In this document: positions 61,656-64,000 of the stretch, in pieces
Numbering within the stretch: position 1 is the first letter of the stretch
Layout: the number at the start of each line of letters is the position of its first letter
IMG/VR virus record: IMGVR_UViG_3300045988_122291
Span: 1-64,000 of that record
Strand: one strand, 5' to 3'
Length of the DNA: 64,000 nucleotides
Source: a virus
Notes under the pieces: generated by a model
The model's database searches: none
Told to the model about the DNA's origin: nothing
The model's input: the letters and a program-made list of their open reading frames with translations, nothing else
Made by a program: the position numbers and the translations under genes

Positions 61656-61981
61656 TTTGATTGTTCCTTGTCAAGAAGTTCTTTTATCATTGACTTCAGT
61701 TCTTTAATCTCTTGTCTAAGCGTGTTGAACTCTTCCATAATTGTTGTGTTTGGCATATCTATTTTTCTATCGTTAATCTGAACAAAGCCTTGGTATAAAT
61801 CATTAAGGCGACCTGTCCATATGCGTTCATCTATCCAATCACTTATAGGAGCGTCTACGAATGACAAAACTATTTGATAATCATTATAATCATTATTCAA
61901 AGGATAGAAGTCTGTGATTTTAAACTTATCTCCATCTTTAGAGATAAGAATGTCACCAATGTTAATATCGTTTACATTCAT
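61652..61981 (-). CDS. hypothetical protein, tandem paralogue 3 of 3
   Basis: MNVNDINIGDILISKDGDKFKITDFY...coiled-coil C-terminus ending LLDKEQSK. Confidence 0.5.
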   Translation of the reverse strand: MNVNDINIGDILISKDGDKFKITDFYPLNNDYNDYQIVLSFVDAPISDWIDERIWTGRLNDLYQGFVQINDRKIDMPNTTIMEEFNTLRQEIKELKSMIKELLDKEQSK

Positions 61982-61997
61982 ACTGTCTCACCTTTGA

Positions 61998-62393
61998 TTA
62001 CTCCTTGTCAAGAAATTCTAACATCATTTTTCTAAGTTTTCTGAGTTCGTCACCACAAGCGTTCAACTCACAAAAAGCGTTGTCAATCTTACGAGCAACT
62101 TTTTCATATTGCTCCAACACAACACTCTTGACTGGATTCAATACATTCTCTCCAATCTTATCAAAAGTTTTATTTAGATTGTCAATCTGTCCCACCCACG
62201 CATAATCGGTATACGCATAAATGGTTTCAGAATCACTTTTGTTTATAGTGTTTACAGAACTAAAATCAAGGGGTTGCAAATCAAGTCGAATTTCTCCGCG
62301 TTTTCTATAAGTGTAATAAAAATTTATAATTTTATATCTAACGCCTTCTTTGGTAATAGCAATATCGCCCATGTAAATATCATTAAGGTTCAT
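61998..62393 (-). CDS. hypothetical protein, tandem paralogue 2 of 3
   Basis: MNLNDIYMGDIAITKEGVRYKIINFY...C-terminus ending EFLDKE. Confidence 0.5.
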   Translation of the reverse strand: MNLNDIYMGDIAITKEGVRYKIINFYYTYRKRGEIRLDLQPLDFSSVNTINKSDSETIYAYTDYAWVGQIDNLNKTFDKIGENVLNPVKSVVLEQYEKVARKIDNAFCELNACGDELRKLRKMMLEFLDKE

Positions 62394-62707
62394 AATGTAT
62401 GTAACACCGCCTTATTCAACGTTTCTTTGATAGCTTTAACTTCTTCAGTCAGCCTAATAACTTGTTCTCGCAAAGCCTTGAAATCGCTCATACTAACTGT
62501 TTGCAGATTCTCACTGCCAACAAACACAAAGTATTTATACATATTTTTTTCAAGACCGTGATATTCGCTAACATATCCGTTATTATTTACTGGCTTAATG
62601 CAAAGGTCATACCATACTTCGCCGTTATGGCTTTTCATTTCAGCTTTGGTGATAATTCCCAACGCACCTTCGATAGTCTTAATTCCCATGCCTTCACGAA
62701 TATTCAT
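62390..62707 (-). CDS. hypothetical protein, tandem paralogue 1 of 3 (more divergent)
   Basis: MNIREGMGIKTIEGALGIITKAEM...coiled-coil C-terminus. Same two-part layout as its neighbours. Confidence 0.45.
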   Translation of the reverse strand: MNIREGMGIKTIEGALGIITKAEMKSHNGEVWYDLCIKPVNNNGYVSEYHGLEKNMYKYFVFVGSENLQTVSMSDFKALREQVIRLTEEVKAIKETLNKAVLHTL

Positions 62708-62710
62708 TGA

Positions 62711-63091
62711 TTATACCTCCAACAGCTTATGTATCAACGTCCAATTATAACGTCTTACTTCAGCGCACTTCTTATTATATTCTTCTCGCGCTTTCTTACT
62801 ACGAGCATAATTGTCTGGATAATTAGGGTTCTTCATTAGCATTTCCTTATAGCACTCACTATCTACATATACCTTGCCATCACGAACCCACAGCTCCTTA
62901 TCAGCAATGTTATCTACCTTTTTGAAAGCGTCTAAATACTTCTTTCTATCTATTGCACTAAAACCTTTATTCTTCAAATATTGACACGCTTTACACACAG
63001 AATATTCTTCATCGGACAGTGCAAGTTCTTGTTTGGCACGGAATTGTCTATAAGCAATATATTTTTCACACTCTTCATAGGTAAAAAACAT
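62711..63091 (-). CDS. hypothetical protein, possibly the -1 frame continuation of the upstream ORF
   Basis: 126-aa ORF. Its ATG has no convincing RBS and sits exactly on a T6 run within the upstream ORF. Confidence 0.4.
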   Translation of the reverse strand: MFFTYEECEKYIAYRQFRAKQELALSDEEYSVCKACQYLKNKGFSAIDRKKYLDAFKKVDNIADKELWVRDGKVYVDSECYKEMLMKNPNYPDNYARSKKAREEYNKKCAEVRRYNWTLIHKLLEV

Positions 63092-63588
63092 CTCGTTCTC
63101 AAAACATCTGATACTATCAGCACGGCTCTTGCCAAAGAATCCAGTGTCATGCGCTTGAAACTTCTCTCAGTAAGGATATAACCATTACCGTCCTTTTTAG
63201 CGTTTGAATCAACGTAGAATACGTTCTTATAAGAAATTGGTACAAGCCAGCCCTTAACAAGATACCGATATACAGCTTGTCTACTACGCCAGTTAAGGAT
63301 AGCTCCCTTGCTCTCAGGATAAATCAAACGTTCTTCACGCTCATAGGAGCAATGCGACTTATAGGTAAATTTCTTTGCGCTGACCTTACAAGATACTTGT
63401 TGAACTTCATACCAAGGCTTACCATTGATATAAGTTTCAACGTTAGGTACAATACGTTTTAGACCTTCATCAGTTAAGTAAACGCACATTGGTCTGACAT
63501 TGCCCTTAGCATAGCTATGATTTATTGCGTCATCACAGACGTTAGGGATATAGTAAATGTTTTTCTTTACGATTTCCATAGTTTTCAC
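62974..63588 (-). CDS. hypothetical protein (zero-frame product of a candidate frameshift pair)
   Basis: 204-aa ORF with RBS AAGGAGAG. Its last 39 codons overlap the next ORF. Confidence 0.45.
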   Translation of the reverse strand: MKTMEIVKKNIYYIPNVCDDAINHSYAKGNVRPMCVYLTDEGLKRIVPNVETYINGKPWYEVQQVSCKVSAKKFTYKSHCSYEREERLIYPESKGAILNWRSRQAVYRYLVKGWLVPISYKNVFYVDSNAKKDGNGYILTERSFKRMTLDSLARAVLIVSDVLRTRCFLPMKSVKNILLIDNSVPNKNLHCPMKNILCVKRVNI

Positions 63589-63603
63589 TCTCCTTATGTG
63601 ACT

Positions 63604-63632
63604 ATTGTATCACGGAACATCTGTTATGTCAA
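63604..63632 (-). promoter_or_regulatory. consensus sigma-70 promoter with extended -10
   Basis: Minus strand: TTGACA (63632-63627), 17-nt spacer ending TGA, TACAAT (63609-63604). Followed by a small stem presenting AAGGAGA in its loop, then ATG 63588. Confidence 0.55.
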
Positions 63633-63651
63633 TAGTCAAAATACCGCGCAG

Positions 63652-64000
63652 TCATTGCTCAATCCTTTCTTCAGCCGTACCAAAGTTAGTAGTATAAACC
63701 ACCCTTTTAACACCCAAACTCTTAATCATTTTCATACACCCAGCGCACGGTCTTGCCATGCCATTCTCACCATCGCATTTTCTCTTACGAGCAATGTAGA
63801 CCGTTACTTTAGACCACTCAATTTCTTCGTTAAGCAGTGGAGCAAGCGCGTGTATCTCTGCATGAAGATAATGCGGTTTATCATCTTCTGGGAAACGCTC
63901 TCTATTATATTTCTTCTGCAAGGGATGAGTCTTGCAAGTATTGAACGCTGTGTTAAGCACCGTATTCTTCTGCGCCACTACACAGCCCATATGGTATCTA
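63652..64000 (-). CDS. dCMP / cytidine deaminase-fold zinc enzyme (5' end beyond window)
   Basis: HAEIHAL (H-A-E zinc/catalytic motif) and PCAGC (PCxxC). The frame stays open upstream of the listed ATG to the window edge, so the gene is probably truncated. Confidence 0.75.
   Translation of the reverse strand, partial: RYHMGCVVAQKNTVLNTAFNTCKTHPLQKKYNRERFPEDDKPHYLHAEIHALAPLLNEEIEWSKVTVYIARKRKCDGENGMARPCAGCMKMIKSLGVKRVVYTTNFGTAEERIEQ

Noticed and set aside
1-64000. tRNA genes, rRNA, CRISPR arrays, integrase or attachment sites
   Set aside because: No cloverleaf-compatible sequence with a GTTCGAATC-like T-arm was seen. No regularly spaced direct repeats were seen. No tyrosine or serine recombinase motifs were noticed in any ORF. 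Absence is by eye only.

Overview
The window reads as one contiguous piece of a low-GC tailed dsDNA phage or prophage genome. Expression signals are Firmicutes-style: AGGAGG ribosome-binding sites, TTGACA/TATAAT promoters, and frequent TTG/GTG starts. Positions 1-40.45 kb on the + strand hold a metallophosphoesterase, then the packaging genes (putative terS, terL), portal, scaffold and capsid genes. These are followed by head-tail genes, a major tail protein, a very long tape measure (about 2,120 aa once joined), baseplate genes and a multi-gene fibre region. Positions 40.5-64 kb on the - strand hold nucleotide-metabolism and replication genes: 5'-nucleotidase, dUTPase, a ThyX-like protein, NrdD/NrdG, an N6/N4 DNA methyltransferase, a RecD-like helicase, a DnaE-type Pol III alpha and a dCMP deaminase cut by the window edge. 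The two arms converge on a bidirectional terminator near 40,457-40,492. Three things stand out. (1) Four essential genes (terL, major tail, tape measure twice, nrdD) are interrupted by five intron-like insertions. Their predicted boundaries obey the group I rule (exon ends in U, insert ends in G) and joining restores each reading frame. The inserts carry three homing-endonuclease classes (GIY-YIG, HNH, two Vsr/DUF559-like PD-(D/E)XK types). One insert carries a small three-TM membrane protein with its own promoter instead of an endonuclease. A further free-standing HNH gene abuts the polymerase start. (2) Composite regulatory cassettes recur. In these, a near-consensus sigma-70 promoter is nested in or abutted to a terminator hairpin whose 3' arm carries the next gene's RBS. 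(3) Smaller items include an HIV-type U UUU UUA -1 frameshift candidate, a ThyX-like protein lacking the RHR/SxRY motif, an NrdR-box-like palindrome upstream of nrdD, tandem paralogues and repeats. No tRNA, rRNA, CRISPR array, reverse transcriptase, integrase or obvious endolysin was seen. All family names come from motif recognition by eye; no database search was possible, and splice sites are predictions accurate to a few nt.
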